From Candidatus Gottesmanbacteria bacterium RIFCSPLOWO2_01_FULL_42_22 (GTDB lineage Bacteria; Patescibacteriota; Microgenomatia; 2-02-FULL-39-11): a stretch of DNA of 61,246 bases. Positions within the stretch are counted from its first letter, which is position 1; each line of letters begins with the position of its first letter. The notes under the pieces are model-generated. The model worked only from the letters and a program-made list of their open reading frames with translations, had not been told where the DNA came from and did no database searches. The position numbers and the translations under genes are program-made. Positions 8,606 to 20,698 of this stretch are shown here, piece after piece. The DNA is taken from positions 1 to 61,246 of the forward strand of contig MFJU01000035.1 of the NCBI GenBank assembly GCA_001779315.1, read 5' to 3'.

Positions 8606-9458
8606 ACGGCTAAAAATAAACGAAGAAAAAAAAAGAAAAAAAAAGACTAAAAAGCCTAATTTCAGGGTCTTAAAAAAAGTCCTCTTTTTTTTGGAAAAAA
8701 GAGAGAGGTTCGCTTTTCAGACGGTAGTTTTAACAGGCGGGGTACTGATAACCCAATTGATTTGGCAGGATGTCCGTTTCCCGATGGTTTTTTTCCTGTC
8801 GTTCCTGTCTTATATTTTGACTGCCTGGTCATTAAAGGAAGATATCGAAGACAAGGAGTGGCTTCTTCTTTTTATCCTGCCGGTGTTTTTTACAGCTTCA
8901 CTTTCACTTTTTTATTTTTTACTGCCGCCGCGCATGATTATCAGACTGACTACCTCAATAATTTTTGCCGTCGGTACCTATGCCATCCTCCTGATTGAAA
9001 ATATTTATAATGTAGCGGCAGAAAGATCTATCCAGTTATTAAGGGCTGCCCAGTCAATCGGTTTACTGTTGACACTGACGGTAATTTTCCTGACGGCCAA
9101 TATCATCTATTCGCTGCGCTTAGGTTTTATGGCCAATGCTATTATTTTAGCCGTAATTTCATTTTTTTTAAGCCTGCAGTCTTTGTGGTCAGTCAAAGTG
9201 GAAAACAGGCTTTCTCCGAGATTAATTACCCATGCGGCCGTAATTGCTACTTGTATCGGCGAGCTGTCTTTGGCTTTATCATTTTGGCCGATTGAAAATG
9301 CCTCCTATTCGCTCTTGATCGCAGCTGCCTATTATTCGCTGGTCGGTATTATCCAGCAGTATCTCAACGAGAGGCTTTTTTTTAATATTGTCAGGGAATA
9401 TATTTTAGTTTTTTTGTTTACTTTCACCCTGACCTTCATAACCACCAGATGGGGATGA
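8598..9458 (+). CDS. Polytopic membrane protein with a poly-lysine N-terminus; function unknown.
   Basis: 286 aa with an N-terminal KKRKKKTKK stretch followed by about 7 hydrophobic helices. Its start overlaps the yebC stop codon. Confidence 0.65.
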   Translation: MYKRLKINEEKKRKKKTKKPNFRVLKKVLFFLEKRERFAFQTVVLTGGVLITQLIWQDVRFPMVFFLSFLSYILTAWSLKEDIEDKEWLLLFILPVFFTASLSLFYFLLPPRMIIRLTTSIIFAVGTYAILLIENIYNVAAERSIQLLRAAQSIGLLLTLTVIFLTANIIYSLRLGFMANAIILAVISFFLSLQSLWSVKVENRLSPRLITHAAVIATCIGELSLALSFWPIENASYSLLIAAAYYSLVGIIQQYLNERLFFNIVREYILVFLFTFTLTFITTRWG

Positions 9459-9510
9459 AAAAATAAAGCCTAATCATAAGCAGCGAAGAGGGGAGGCGCA
9501 TAGAGTCCGC

Positions 9511-9587
9511 TGATATAGTTTGATATAGGCCTATAGTTTATAGCCTATAGTTTTGTTGATAACTTTTCACGGAATAACGTTTCACGG
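9511..9587. repeat. Cluster of short direct repeats and palindromes at the start of the orphan non-coding kilobase.
   Basis: TGATATAG occurs twice (9511-9518, 9521-9528). There is a 12-bp perfect palindrome TATAGGCCTATA (9524-9535). CCTATAGTTT occurs twice (9530-9539, 9544-9553). TTTCACGG occurs twice (about 9566-9573 and 9580-9587). Confidence 0.85.
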
Positions 9588-9747
9588 TTTAATCAATAAG
9601 AAATTCTGATAATGCTTTCAAGGGACTTCCTATTCCTGGAGAAGAGAAGAGAAATGAGGCTAATAATAATGATTTGGAGTATTAGAAAGCTCCATACTCT
9701 TCCCGTTTATAATATATTGAACAATATATTTACGCATAATATTAAGA

Positions 9748-9924
9748 CTTTAGATTGTCCTAATGCTCTAAACTCTGACTATTCTTTACTATATCATTGG
9801 TTATTAGCTTTGAAATAAGAGGTTTAGATTGTTCTAAAGGGCCAAAATATACGAAACCGTATATCTAACTGCTAATAGTCCAGCCTCAAAAATATAAGTT
9901 TAGAGCGTTCTTATAAGCTAAACT
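9748..9924. repeat. Three related palindromic motifs (TTTAGA/G ... CTAAA) spaced about 75 bp apart.
   Basis: The copies are CTTTAGATTGTCCTAATGCTCTAAAC (from 9748), GTTTAGATTGTTCTAAAGG (from 9822) and GTTTAGAGCGTTCTTATAAGCTAAAC (from 9898). Each has TTTAG(A)/(T)CTAAA inverted arms and a shared (T/C)GT(T/C)CT core. Confidence 0.8.
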
Positions 9925-10485
9925 AGAGTACATCCAAAATAACCCGAAAGTGCTTTCTGTCCGATATCATCTTACTCAAAATGAGCAAATAATTGTTAAA
10001 AGAAATATTACGATGAGGTCTATCTTTTTCCTGACTGCAGTATTCATAGCGTTAGTGCTACTGCTTCTCCAAAATAGGTATAAGGAATTCCGACTCTAGG
10101 CAGGTTTCTGCAAATAAACTAAAGGCAGGGAATAAAACCAATATTGTCGCACAATAATTCTTTTGCGACATTTATCAGCCTTGATCCGGAGAAGAGGCTT
10201 TTTTATGCTTTCATACAATAAAGACAATTTGCTGATAAGGTTCATTTTATTTAAACTTCATCTTCTTATAATTATTAAGGGTGTTATTTCCCCGAAATCG
10301 GTCACTATAAAGATAAACCTTCTGGTAAACATCTGCCATTATGAACAGTTGGTCATCGGACCTAATTTAAAGCCGTTCTTGGTCATTACAATCGGTCAGA
10401 TTTTAGCCCCTGTCTGGCGTATATCAATGGATATTCATTCACCAGATTGACTGCATTTGCAGCAGAACTTGACAAAAGAATATGG

Positions 10486-11436
10486 ATGTCGCAAAATATT
10501 TATGTGAACCGTCTGCCTGATTTGGTGGAAAAGTTTTTGGAATACCTGGAAATTGAAAGAAACTGTTCCAGGTTGACTATCCGCAACTACCGCCATTATT
10601 TAAACCGTTTTGTCGGTTTTGCCCATAACTATACCCCTCCCCTGGATAATGCGCAGCTTATTACTACAGACATAATCCGTTCTTATCGTTTATTCCTTTC
10701 GCGATATTCCGATGATAAAGGCATGGTCCTTATGAGAATTACGCAGAATTACCACCTGATCGCCTTAAGAGCTTTTCTGCGCTTTCTTATCAAAACAGAT
10801 GTTAAGACATTGAATCCGGAAAAAGTCGAACTGGGTAAAGCGGAAAGCCGCAGTCTGAAATTTTTAAATTTGGAACAGGTCTCAAGGCTTTTGAATATGC
10901 CGGAAATTTCAACCCCCCAGGGATTTCGTGATAAAGCCATTTTGGAATTATTATTCTCGACAGGCTTAAGGGTTTCTGAATTAGTTAAACTGAATCGGGA
11001 TTCCATTAATCTTGATCGAAAGGAATTCGGAGTGATCGGTAAAGGCGGCCGGTCGAGAGTAGTTTTTATTTCCGATTCGGCAGCCAATTGGATTGAACGT
11101 TATTTGACTGACCGTAGTGATGATTTTCAGCCTTTGTTTATCCGCTATTCCGGCAAAAAAAGCAGTGAAGAACCCGGAGGTAATCAATTTCGTTTAACAG
11201 TGAGAACTGTGCAGCGGATTGTCGAGAAATATGTTAAAAAAGCCAGGTTGCCGATCAAGATTACTCCTCACGGTCTGCGTCATACGTTTGCTACTGACCT
11301 GTTGTCATCCGGAGCTGATCTTCGGGCTATTCAGGAGATGCTGGGGCATAAAAACATTTCCACGACCCAGATCTATACTCATGTCACTAATCCGCAGCTT
11401 AGGGAAATCCACAAAAAATTCCACGGCAAAGGATAA
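10486..11436 (+). CDS. Tyrosine recombinase, XerC/XerD family.
   Basis: LVEKFLEYLEIERNCSRLTIRNYRHYL is an N-terminal SAM-like domain. The catalytic motifs are GLRVSE, HGLRHTFATDLL and LGHKNISTTQIYTHV. I prefer the ATG at 10486 to the TTG at 10447. Confidence 0.85.
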   Translation: MSQNIYVNRLPDLVEKFLEYLEIERNCSRLTIRNYRHYLNRFVGFAHNYTPPLDNAQLITTDIIRSYRLFLSRYSDDKGMVLMRITQNYHLIALRAFLRFLIKTDVKTLNPEKVELGKAESRSLKFLNLEQVSRLLNMPEISTPQGFRDKAILELLFSTGLRVSELVKLNRDSINLDRKEFGVIGKGGRSRVVFISDSAANWIERYLTDRSDDFQPLFIRYSGKKSSEEPGGNQFRLTVRTVQRIVEKYVKKARLPIKITPHGLRHTFATDLLSSGADLRAIQEMLGHKNISTTQIYTHVTNPQLREIHKKFHGKG

Positions 11437-11460
11437 ACTTTAGAAAAGATATCGGACGGG

Positions 11461-12522
11461 ATGAAAAAAATAATGGTAATCATGGCATCGGTAACTTTGC
11501 TGGAACTTGTCTTTTTGGAGATAATTTTGAGTTTAATTTATAAAAACGATCTGCCTATACTCTGGCAAACGACCGGCGCCCATATCCTTGATGCTGATCT
11601 GGTCTACCGCAACCGACCCAATTATCACGGCCGGGATCAGCGGCCACCTGATTTTAATGAGGAATATACGATCAACTCATCAGGATTCAGAGACGAAGAA
11701 ATAAAAAAAGATTTTAAAGGAAAAAAGATTTTATTTGTCGGAGATTCTATGGTTTTCGGCTCAGGTATATCGGATAACGCCAAAACCGTACCCAATTTGT
11801 TAGAGGCAAAACTGCCAAAGACCGATGTTCTTAATGCAGGGGTCAAGGGTTATACACCTGACCAGGAATACCGCTTCATTATCAATAACTCACGGCAATT
11901 TAAACCTGATGTCATCATCTGGCAATTAAATCCCCATGATTATGCCAATTTAGCATACGGATCTGTCTTGTATGATATCAATACACAAAGTCAGCTAGTA
12001 CCGTTAAAAGGCAATCTGACGGCGACCTATTGGTACGGCTGGGCTATCAACAGGTTGCCTGAATTTGTAAAGGACAGAGCGTTAGTCAGGATTCTCATCA
12101 AATCTTTTTGGGGAATTCCGTATTTAAACAGAAGCATGATGATCCCTGAGGAAAAAAAGGAAGACTGGGTTAAGTCAAAACTGAATTTACAAATTGAAGA
12201 AGTAATAAAATATTGCCAGGCTGAAAATATAAATCTTGTTTTTGTATTATTTCCGGTCAAATATTCATATACCGGTAACGGGCAAGCATATAATCTGCAA
12301 TATCCTTTATATGAGAAAATTATAACCGAGGCGGGAAATTTGATTAAGAAAAATGATATTGTCTTAATTGATGTTGGCAGAATAATCTATGACCGGGGAA
12401 GGATTAGTCAGAATAATTATTCCGACGGATTTTTTTACCGGGATGATTATCATTTTAATGAAAAAGGAGCGGAAATGGCAGCAGATATCTTAGCCAAAGA
12501 GCTTACGTTTATCTTTGAATAG
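11461..12522 (+). CDS. Membrane-anchored SGNH/GDSL-family hydrolase.
   Basis: 353 aa with an N-terminal TM helix. ILFVGDSMVFGSG is block I (GDS) and DDYHFNEKG is block V (DxxH). Confidence 0.75.
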   Translation: MKKIMVIMASVTLLELVFLEIILSLIYKNDLPILWQTTGAHILDADLVYRNRPNYHGRDQRPPDFNEEYTINSSGFRDEEIKKDFKGKKILFVGDSMVFGSGISDNAKTVPNLLEAKLPKTDVLNAGVKGYTPDQEYRFIINNSRQFKPDVIIWQLNPHDYANLAYGSVLYDINTQSQLVPLKGNLTATYWYGWAINRLPEFVKDRALVRILIKSFWGIPYLNRSMMIPEEKKEDWVKSKLNLQIEEVIKYCQAENINLVFVLFPVKYSYTGNGQAYNLQYPLYEKIITEAGNLIKKNDIVLIDVGRIIYDRGRISQNNYSDGFFYRDDYHFNEKGAEMAADILAKELTFIFE

Positions 12523-13354
12523 ATTTTTCCGCCGCTATTATTACATTTTCCATCAGCATGGCGACGTTGACGGGACCGACCCCTCCAGGGACCGGTGTGT
12601 AAAATAAGGCTTTTCCGGCAATTTCCTCCTGGTTATAATCCGTGGCTAAATGGTCGTTTTCCGGATGCAACCCGACGCCGATCAGCACCGTTTTTTCTGA
12701 AATCATGTCATGTCGTACAATATTAGGCTTGCCGACCGCGGAAATAATAATATCCGAAGTCAAAGTCAATTGTTTTAAATCACCTGTTCCGCTATGGGCT
12801 ACCGTAAAGGGCAGCTTATTTTTTGTCAGATATTTTGCTATAGGTCTTCCGGCTGTCTCTCCCCTGCCGATGATAAGTATCTTTTTTTCCGCCAGCCATT
12901 TTAATAAATCATTATTGTCATGGGAAAGCCGGTATATGTTTTCCAGTATTTTCATTACCGCCAAAACAATCGGCGGGTCAAAGAGAGACTGCGGATGGAA
13001 GCCGTCGACATCCTTTTTCCGGGCAGGCAGATTGTTAAGTTCATTTGACTCAATTTTAAGGGGAATTGGTCTTTGGATAATAATGCCGTGAATGGCAGGA
13101 TCTTTGTTCCACCAATTGACCAGGGAAATTAGGGATTCCGTTTTAGCTGAATTTTCCAGCCGGGATACAGCCACTTTGATACCCAGCCGCAATCCTAACT
13201 TTACTTTTTGCTCAACATATTTTTCCGATCCCAAATCTTTTCCGACCAGAGCTACAGCCAGTTTGGCAATAATTTCATGCTGTTTAAGCTCAGCTATTTT
13301 TATTTGAAGATCTTCGGCAATGCCTGCCGCAATTTCCCTCCCATTGATGAGCAT
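12509..13354 (-). CDS. folD: Bifunctional methylenetetrahydrofolate dehydrogenase/cyclohydrolase.
   Basis: It carries PVPGGVGPVNVAMLMENV, IIGRGETAGRP and AHSGT. The start is probably MLINGREIA (13354) rather than 13390, which would overlap gyrA. Confidence 0.9.
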   Translation of the reverse strand: MLINGREIAAGIAEDLQIKIAELKQHEIIAKLAVALVGKDLGSEKYVEQKVKLGLRLGIKVAVSRLENSAKTESLISLVNWWNKDPAIHGIIIQRPIPLKIESNELNNLPARKKDVDGFHPQSLFDPPIVLAVMKILENIYRLSHDNNDLLKWLAEKKILIIGRGETAGRPIAKYLTKNKLPFTVAHSGTGDLKQLTLTSDIIISAVGKPNIVRHDMISEKTVLIGVGLHPENDHLATDYNQEEIAGKALFYTPVPGGVGPVNVAMLMENVIIAAEKSIQR

Positions 13355-13377
13355 AAGTCCACTATACAGGAGTATTT

Positions 13378-15852
13378 TTAGGTGAGGCAAGTGGTGGCGG
13401 CGACACTGTCCTGTTTGTCAGAGAATCTCATCAGGATTACTCCTTGAGTTGCACGTGATAATTTAGGCAATGAGGAAATAGGCAGTTTGACCACCTGGCC
13501 TTTGTTTGATGTTAATACCAAATTATGGCAATCCGATGGTATCATCTGGGCGGAGGCGACCTTGCCTGTTTTGGCGGTTATTTCCGCCACTTTGACACCC
13601 TGGCCACCGCGGTGCTGTTTGGGAAAACCGGCAAACGGCGTTTTCTTGCCGATGCCTTTTTCCATAATAGTCAGAAAATCATTCTGCTGATGCTCGCGGT
13701 CAATTATTTCCATGGAAACGACATAATCACCGGCTTGGATTAAAATACCGCGCACCCCCATCGTGTCGCGGGCTGTGGCGCGGACTTCCGTTTCAGGGAA
13801 TTTGATGGATTTTCCTTCGTGAGTCACCAGAAGAACATTGTCCTGACCGGTCGAGTGTTTCGCCCACCTCAATTCGTCGCCTCCTTCCAATTTGACGGCC
13901 ACCAGGCCGTTTCTGCGGATATTTTCATATTCCTTGATTCTGGTTTTTTTGACTGTGCCTTTTTTAGTGGCCATGGTAATATAAGCATATTTTTTAGCTT
14001 CCTCGCCTTTTAAAGCATAGGATAAAACCGAGGTGACAATTTCATTCTGGTCAATATTGATTAAATTGACAATGGCCTGTCCTTTGGCGATTCTGGACCC
14101 CTCCGGCAAATCCCAAACTCTCAACTGATAGACTTTGCCCTTATTGGTAAAAAAGAGGATATTGTCATGGGTGAAGGCAGAGAGAAACAATTCGATGGTA
14201 TCTTCTTCCTTGGTTGTCATACCGATAACGCCCTTGCCGCCTCTGGCCTGAACTTTAAATGAGCTGGGTGATTGTCTTTTGACATAACCCGTTTTGGTAA
14301 TGACGATGACCGTCTCCTCATTGGCAATCAGCTGCTCATCGGAGAATTCCCCGACTTTGGATTTATAGACTTTGGTACGCCGGGGGTCGGCATATTTTTC
14401 TTTAAGCTTGATTAGTTCCTCTTTGACTACTTTAAGAATTTTTTCCGAGTGGGCCAGCAAATCTTCGAGATAGGTAATGGTTTCGCGGATCATGACCAGT
14501 TCATCTTCAATTTTTTGCCTTTCCAAAGCAGCCAACCGTTTCAGCTGCATGTCCAGAATCGCCTGGGCCTGGATTTCCGACAGTTCGAAACGGCTCATCA
14601 GTTTGCTTCTGGCGTCATCGACGTCTTTGGCATTTTTGATGATTTCGATGACTTCATCGATATGATCGACGGCAATTTTCAGTCCTTCCAGGATATGTTC
14701 GCGCGCTTTTGCTTCTTTAAGTTCATATTCACTGCGGCGCTTGATGACACTGTGCCGGTGTTTGATATATTCCTCGAGGATCATTCTCAAAGTCATAGTT
14801 TGAGGTGTGCCTTCAACCAAAGCGACCATATTGACCGGAAAAGAAGTCTGCAAGTTAGTATGTTTGTAGAGATTGTTGAGGATTTTTTTGGGTACCGAAT
14901 CGCGTTTCAGCTCGACTACCACCCTGATACCGTGTCTGTCTGACTCGTCGCGCAAATCGGAAATGCCCTCAATTTTTTTGTCTTTGACCAGTTGGGCGAT
15001 ATGGGCCACCAGCATGGCTTTATTGACCTGGTACGGCAGTTCGGTGACAATGATGGCTGATTTACCCCTGTCCGTTTCTTCGATTTCTGCTTTAGCCCTC
15101 ATCACGATTTTGCCGCGGCCGGTCGAATAAGCATTTTTAATTTCATCAATATCATAAATGGCACCGGCTGTCGGAAAGTCCGGTCCCTGGATAAAAGTCA
15201 TCAATTCGTCAACCGTTGCCTCAAAATGGAAAGTATTATCCGTATGTTTTGTCTTGCCTAACATATGGATTAAAGCGTCAACGACTTCACCCAAATTATG
15301 CGGGGGGATTTTGGTAGCCATGCCGACAGCGATGCCGTCAGAGCCCATCAAAAGAAGATTGGGCAGTTTGGCCGGCAGCCAGTCAGGCTCTTTGAGGGTT
15401 TGGTCAAAGTTGAAGGAATAATTTACCGTTTCCTTATCCAGGTCCAAAAGCATTTCTTCGGCGATTTTGGCCAGTTTAACTTCCGTGTACCTCATGGCTG
15501 CCGGTGGGTCGCCGTCGACAGAGCCGAAATTGCCCTGGCCGTTAATTAATGGATAGCGCATGGAGAAATTCTGGGCTAACCTGACCAGTGCATCATAAAC
15601 GGACATATCACCATGCGGATGATATTTACCCAAAACCTCTCCGACGACTTTAGCACTTTTGGTATGCCTGGAGGTGGCATGAAGACCCATTTGATACATG
15701 GCATAAAGAATCCGGCGGTGGACCGGTTTTAAGCCGTCGCGGACATCCGGTAGAGCCCTGGAGACGATGACGCTCATGGCATAATCGAGGTAACTCCTTT
15801 TCATTTCGGAGGTGATATCAACAGATTCGATTTTACCGATATTTGTGTCCAT
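13378..15852 (-). CDS. gyrA: DNA gyrase subunit A.
   Basis: 824 aa with [39 protein letters not shown] and C-terminal beta-pinwheel repeats. Confidence 0.97.
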   Translation of the reverse strand: MDTNIGKIESVDITSEMKRSYLDYAMSVIVSRALPDVRDGLKPVHRRILYAMYQMGLHATSRHTKSAKVVGEVLGKYHPHGDMSVYDALVRLAQNFSMRYPLINGQGNFGSVDGDPPAAMRYTEVKLAKIAEEMLLDLDKETVNYSFNFDQTLKEPDWLPAKLPNLLLMGSDGIAVGMATKIPPHNLGEVVDALIHMLGKTKHTDNTFHFEATVDELMTFIQGPDFPTAGAIYDIDEIKNAYSTGRGKIVMRAKAEIEETDRGKSAIIVTELPYQVNKAMLVAHIAQLVKDKKIEGISDLRDESDRHGIRVVVELKRDSVPKKILNNLYKHTNLQTSFPVNMVALVEGTPQTMTLRMILEEYIKHRHSVIKRRSEYELKEAKAREHILEGLKIAVDHIDEVIEIIKNAKDVDDARSKLMSRFELSEIQAQAILDMQLKRLAALERQKIEDELVMIRETITYLEDLLAHSEKILKVVKEELIKLKEKYADPRRTKVYKSKVGEFSDEQLIANEETVIVITKTGYVKRQSPSSFKVQARGGKGVIGMTTKEEDTIELFLSAFTHDNILFFTNKGKVYQLRVWDLPEGSRIAKGQAIVNLINIDQNEIVTSVLSYALKGEEAKKYAYITMATKKGTVKKTRIKEYENIRRNGLVAVKLEGGDELRWAKHSTGQDNVLLVTHEGKSIKFPETEVRATARDTMGVRGILIQAGDYVVSMEIIDREHQQNDFLTIMEKGIGKKTPFAGFPKQHRGGQGVKVAEITAKTGKVASAQMIPSDCHNLVLTSNKGQVVKLPISSLPKLSRATQGVILMRFSDKQDSVAATTCLT

Positions 15853-15878
15853 AAAGCAGTTTGTATAAGATCTAAATA

Positions 15879-17903
15879 CTATTTTCCGATTATCTGAATG
15901 ACGAACGGAGCGATCAATAGTGCCACGATCTGCACAATTTTCATCATCGGATTTAATGCCGGCCCGGCTGTGTCTTTCAAAGGATCGCCCACCGTATCCC
16001 CGACCACGGTTGCTTTATGGGTATCGGAGCCTTTGCCGCCCATATTGCCGTCTTCGACATATTTTTTAGCATTGTCCCAGGCTCCGCCGGTATTGCACAT
16101 AAAAAATGCCAACATTAATCCTGAGATGACCACACCGCCTAAAAAGCCGCCGAGGGCGGCAGCGCCGAAAAGTCCGGTGGCAATCGGTGCCAGGACAACA
16201 ATAGCCGCCGGTATGACCAGTTCCCTTTGGGCAGCCCTGGTGACAATTTCCACCGCCTTGGAATAGTCAGGTTTGGCTTTTCCCTCCATAATGCCTTTAA
16301 TTTCGCGGAATTGGCGTCGGACTTCTTCGACCACTTCATAAGCAGCTTTACCGACACTGTTTATCAGTCTTGAGCTGAAAAGATACGGCAAAGCTCCGCC
16401 TATCAGAAGCCCGACAAAAACCTTAGGTTCGGCGATATTGATGGTTGTCAAGCCGGTGGCTTCAAAATAGGTGGCAAACAAAGATGAGGCAGCCACAGCC
16501 GCTGAACCGACAGCAAAACCCTTGGTCAAAGCTTTGGTGGTATTGCCGACCGCATCGAGGGAAGCCGTCACGGCTCGGGCTTTTCCGGAAAGGCCTGCCA
16601 TCTCGACCATACCCTGGGCGTTATCTGATATCGGTCCGTAAGTATCCAAAGACATGATGATACCGGTTGTCGCCAGCATACCCATGCCGGCCAGTGATAT
16701 GCCGTAAAAGCCTAAGAAACTGTATCCGACAAAAATAGTCGCTGCCACAATAAGGACGGAAATAAAAGTCGATTCCATTCCCAAACCTAATCCGGCAATC
16801 AGATTGGTACCGCTGCCGGTTTGGGAAGCCCGGGCTATGGCAACGACAGGCTTTTCATTGGGGCCGGTGTAATATTTGGTGACATACAAAAGGGCCATCA
16901 TGGACAAAATGCCGCTGACAGCCGCGTAGCCCGCTTTAGCTTCACCGAGAAGGAAAACAGCCAAAAGCATGAATATGACGATGGCCGAAACAGCCGATAT
17001 GGCAAAACCTCTGATCAGGGGTTTGATGGGATTTTCCCGGTCGTTTTTGGCTTTAACGAAAAAGGTACCTAAAATGGAGGTAAGTATCGCTCCGCTTCTG
17101 GCTAAAAGCGGAAAAACCACACCGGGAAGACCGAATAAAGAACCTCCCAAAATCATGGCAGCCACAATTGTCAAAGCGTATGATTCAAAAACATCAGCCG
17201 CCATGCCGGCGCAGTCACCTACATTGTCCCCGACGTTATCGGCAATGACCGCCGGGTTGCGGGGATCATCCTCGGGAATGCCTTTTTCCACTTTGCCGAC
17301 CAGATCAGCGCCGACATCAGCGGCTTTGGTAAAAATACCTCCGCCAACCCGCATAAATAAAGCTAAAAGGGCCGCTCCGAATCCGTAACCGATGAGGACA
17401 TCGGTGGCGTTTCTGGTTACGAACTCGGGGCCCATATGGTTGAAACTGAAATAAGACCAGAGATAAATTAAAGAAACGCCCAGAAGCCCTAATCCCACAA
17501 CCAGCATGCCGTTGACGGTGCCGGCCCTGAAGGCTGTTTGTAAAGCCGGGTTTAAGCCTTTTTGGGCATTATTGGCCGTGCGGACATTGGCTGCCACCGC
17601 AATCCGCATGCCGAAATAGCCTATCGTAGCCGAAAAGACCGCGCCCATTACAAAAGTAACAGCTATGCCGATGCCTAAAGTCAGGCCGATAATTACAGCC
17701 AGGACAGCCATTAGGGGAAGAACGATTTTAAACTGCCGCTTCAAATAAGCCATGGCCCCTTCCCGGATTGCCAGGGCAATGGTTTTTAGTTTCTCCGAGC
17801 CTTCCTCTTCGGACAGGACTTTTTTGGACAGTAAAAATCCGTAAATCAGGGCGGCTATGGCAGTTAACGGGGCTACGAACAGAGCGATAAGTTGTATATC
17901 CAT
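15879..17903 (-). CDS. hppA: Membrane-integral H+/Na+-translocating pyrophosphatase.
   Basis: 674-aa polytopic protein with [41 protein letters not shown] and [10 protein letters not shown]. Confidence 0.95.
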   Translation of the reverse strand: MDIQLIALFVAPLTAIAALIYGFLLSKKVLSEEEGSEKLKTIALAIREGAMAYLKRQFKIVLPLMAVLAVIIGLTLGIGIAVTFVMGAVFSATIGYFGMRIAVAANVRTANNAQKGLNPALQTAFRAGTVNGMLVVGLGLLGVSLIYLWSYFSFNHMGPEFVTRNATDVLIGYGFGAALLALFMRVGGGIFTKAADVGADLVGKVEKGIPEDDPRNPAVIADNVGDNVGDCAGMAADVFESYALTIVAAMILGGSLFGLPGVVFPLLARSGAILTSILGTFFVKAKNDRENPIKPLIRGFAISAVSAIVIFMLLAVFLLGEAKAGYAAVSGILSMMALLYVTKYYTGPNEKPVVAIARASQTGSGTNLIAGLGLGMESTFISVLIVAATIFVGYSFLGFYGISLAGMGMLATTGIIMSLDTYGPISDNAQGMVEMAGLSGKARAVTASLDAVGNTTKALTKGFAVGSAAVAASSLFATYFEATGLTTINIAEPKVFVGLLIGGALPYLFSSRLINSVGKAAYEVVEEVRRQFREIKGIMEGKAKPDYSKAVEIVTRAAQRELVIPAAIVVLAPIATGLFGAAALGGFLGGVVISGLMLAFFMCNTGGAWDNAKKYVEDGNMGGKGSDTHKATVVGDTVGDPLKDTAGPALNPMMKIVQIVALLIAPFVIQIIGK

Positions 17904-17926
17904 ATCATACCTTCCTTAAAATTTTA

Positions 17927-19936
<2,010 letters not shown>

Positions 19937-19960
19937 TCACAAATCAACGTTCTTATATTC

Positions 19961-20000
19961 ACGACGATCCCGGATCGCCGCAGGTACGACGATCCGGGAT
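19961..20000. repeat. REP-like palindromes abutting the 3' end of the RAYT-type gene.
   Basis: CGACGATCC-C-GGATCGCCG (19962-19980) has 8 of 9 arm positions paired. A truncated copy ACGACGATCCGGGAT (19986-20000) ends at the stop codon. Confidence 0.8.
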
Positions 20001-20639
20001 TTATTGCATAATGAGATGTTTTATTTTATCCAAATCTCTTTGATAGTCTTTTCTGTTAATTACAAATTTTGCATATTCTTGTTTTGACCTAAATTGGTTT
20101 AACACTATTGATGGGTCAATTAGAGAATAATTTTTTACCAAATATTGTCTGTAGGATGAATACTCATAGTCTTCAGGCTGTTCGACTAAATAAGCGGTAA
20201 CAGGGTTAAGATGATGATAGCGGCTTAAATGTAAAAGTTGTTCATTAGACTCGATATGAACACTCTTAAATGTAGATTCGAATAAAGGATCTTTTATTTT
20301 ATTTTTCAATTTATAGTAATGCGAAAAACTGTTAAGAATTTTTTGCATAAATTTTTGTATACCGTTTGTACATTCCTGGCGTAATGTAAAATGAAAATGA
20401 TTTGGCATGTAGCAATAACTTATAATAGTAACTAACCTCTTTGTATCAATTTTAAATCTGTCAGGATTAACTCTGTAGTAAGAAAACTTTATTGGCGGTT
20501 TCACCTGCAGATAATATTGAACTAACTGATGGAAAAAGGTTAAATCGCTCTTTTTGGTTAATATCGGTTGTTTGAAGGCGCTTCTGTTGAATATATGATA
20601 ATATTCCCCCTCTGTAAAGAAAGTTTTACGGCGCGGCAT
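20001..20639 (-). CDS. IS200-like Y1 (HUH) transposase of the REP-associated tyrosine transposase (RAYT) type.
   Basis: 212 aa. The sequence GEYYHIFNRSAFKQPIL...YCYMPNHFHFTLRQ...LFESTFKSVHIES...LSRYHHLNPV...EDYEYSSYRQY contains an HUH motif (HFH) and a catalytic-Tyr region typical of this family. Confidence 0.8.
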   Translation of the reverse strand: MPRRKTFFTEGEYYHIFNRSAFKQPILTKKSDLTFFHQLVQYYLQVKPPIKFSYYRVNPDRFKIDTKRLVTIISYCYMPNHFHFTLRQECTNGIQKFMQKILNSFSHYYKLKNKIKDPLFESTFKSVHIESNEQLLHLSRYHHLNPVTAYLVEQPEDYEYSSYRQYLVKNYSLIDPSIVLNQFRSKQEYAKFVINRKDYQRDLDKIKHLIMQ

Positions 20640-20658
20640 AACTACAAAATATGCAGAA

Positions 20659-20698
20659 AATCCCGGATTGTCAAATATATGACGATCCGGGATCGTCA
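20659..20698. repeat. REP-like palindromes just upstream of the RAYT-type gene, overlapping the holB stop codon.
   Basis: AATCC-C-GGATT lies at 20659-20669. A perfect 9-bp-arm palindrome TGACGATCC-G-GGATCGTCA lies at 20680-20698. Both share the core ACGATCC(C/G)GGAT with the 19961-20000 copies. Confidence 0.85.

Noticed and set aside
9748-9924. CRISPR array.
   Set aside because: There are only three copies. They differ in length and sequence, have internal dyad symmetry with variable loops, and no cas genes are in the window.
9612-10450. ORFs 9612-9818 and 10163-10450 as genes, for example an excisionase upstream of the recombinase.
   Set aside because: There is no ribosome-binding site. 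The translations are Ile/Leu/Asn-rich low-complexity sequence with no HTH-like pattern, and the second uses a TTG start that runs into the Xer frame region.
9459-10485. Chromosomal replication origin (oriC) or a dif site in the orphan non-coding kilobase.
   Set aside because: No dnaA or dnaN gene is nearby, and I saw no TTATCCACA-type DnaA boxes. I saw no convincing dif-like 11-6-11 site (ATAA-N6-TTATG core). ACGCATAATATTAAG near 9732 matches only one arm. The idea remains untested rather than supported.
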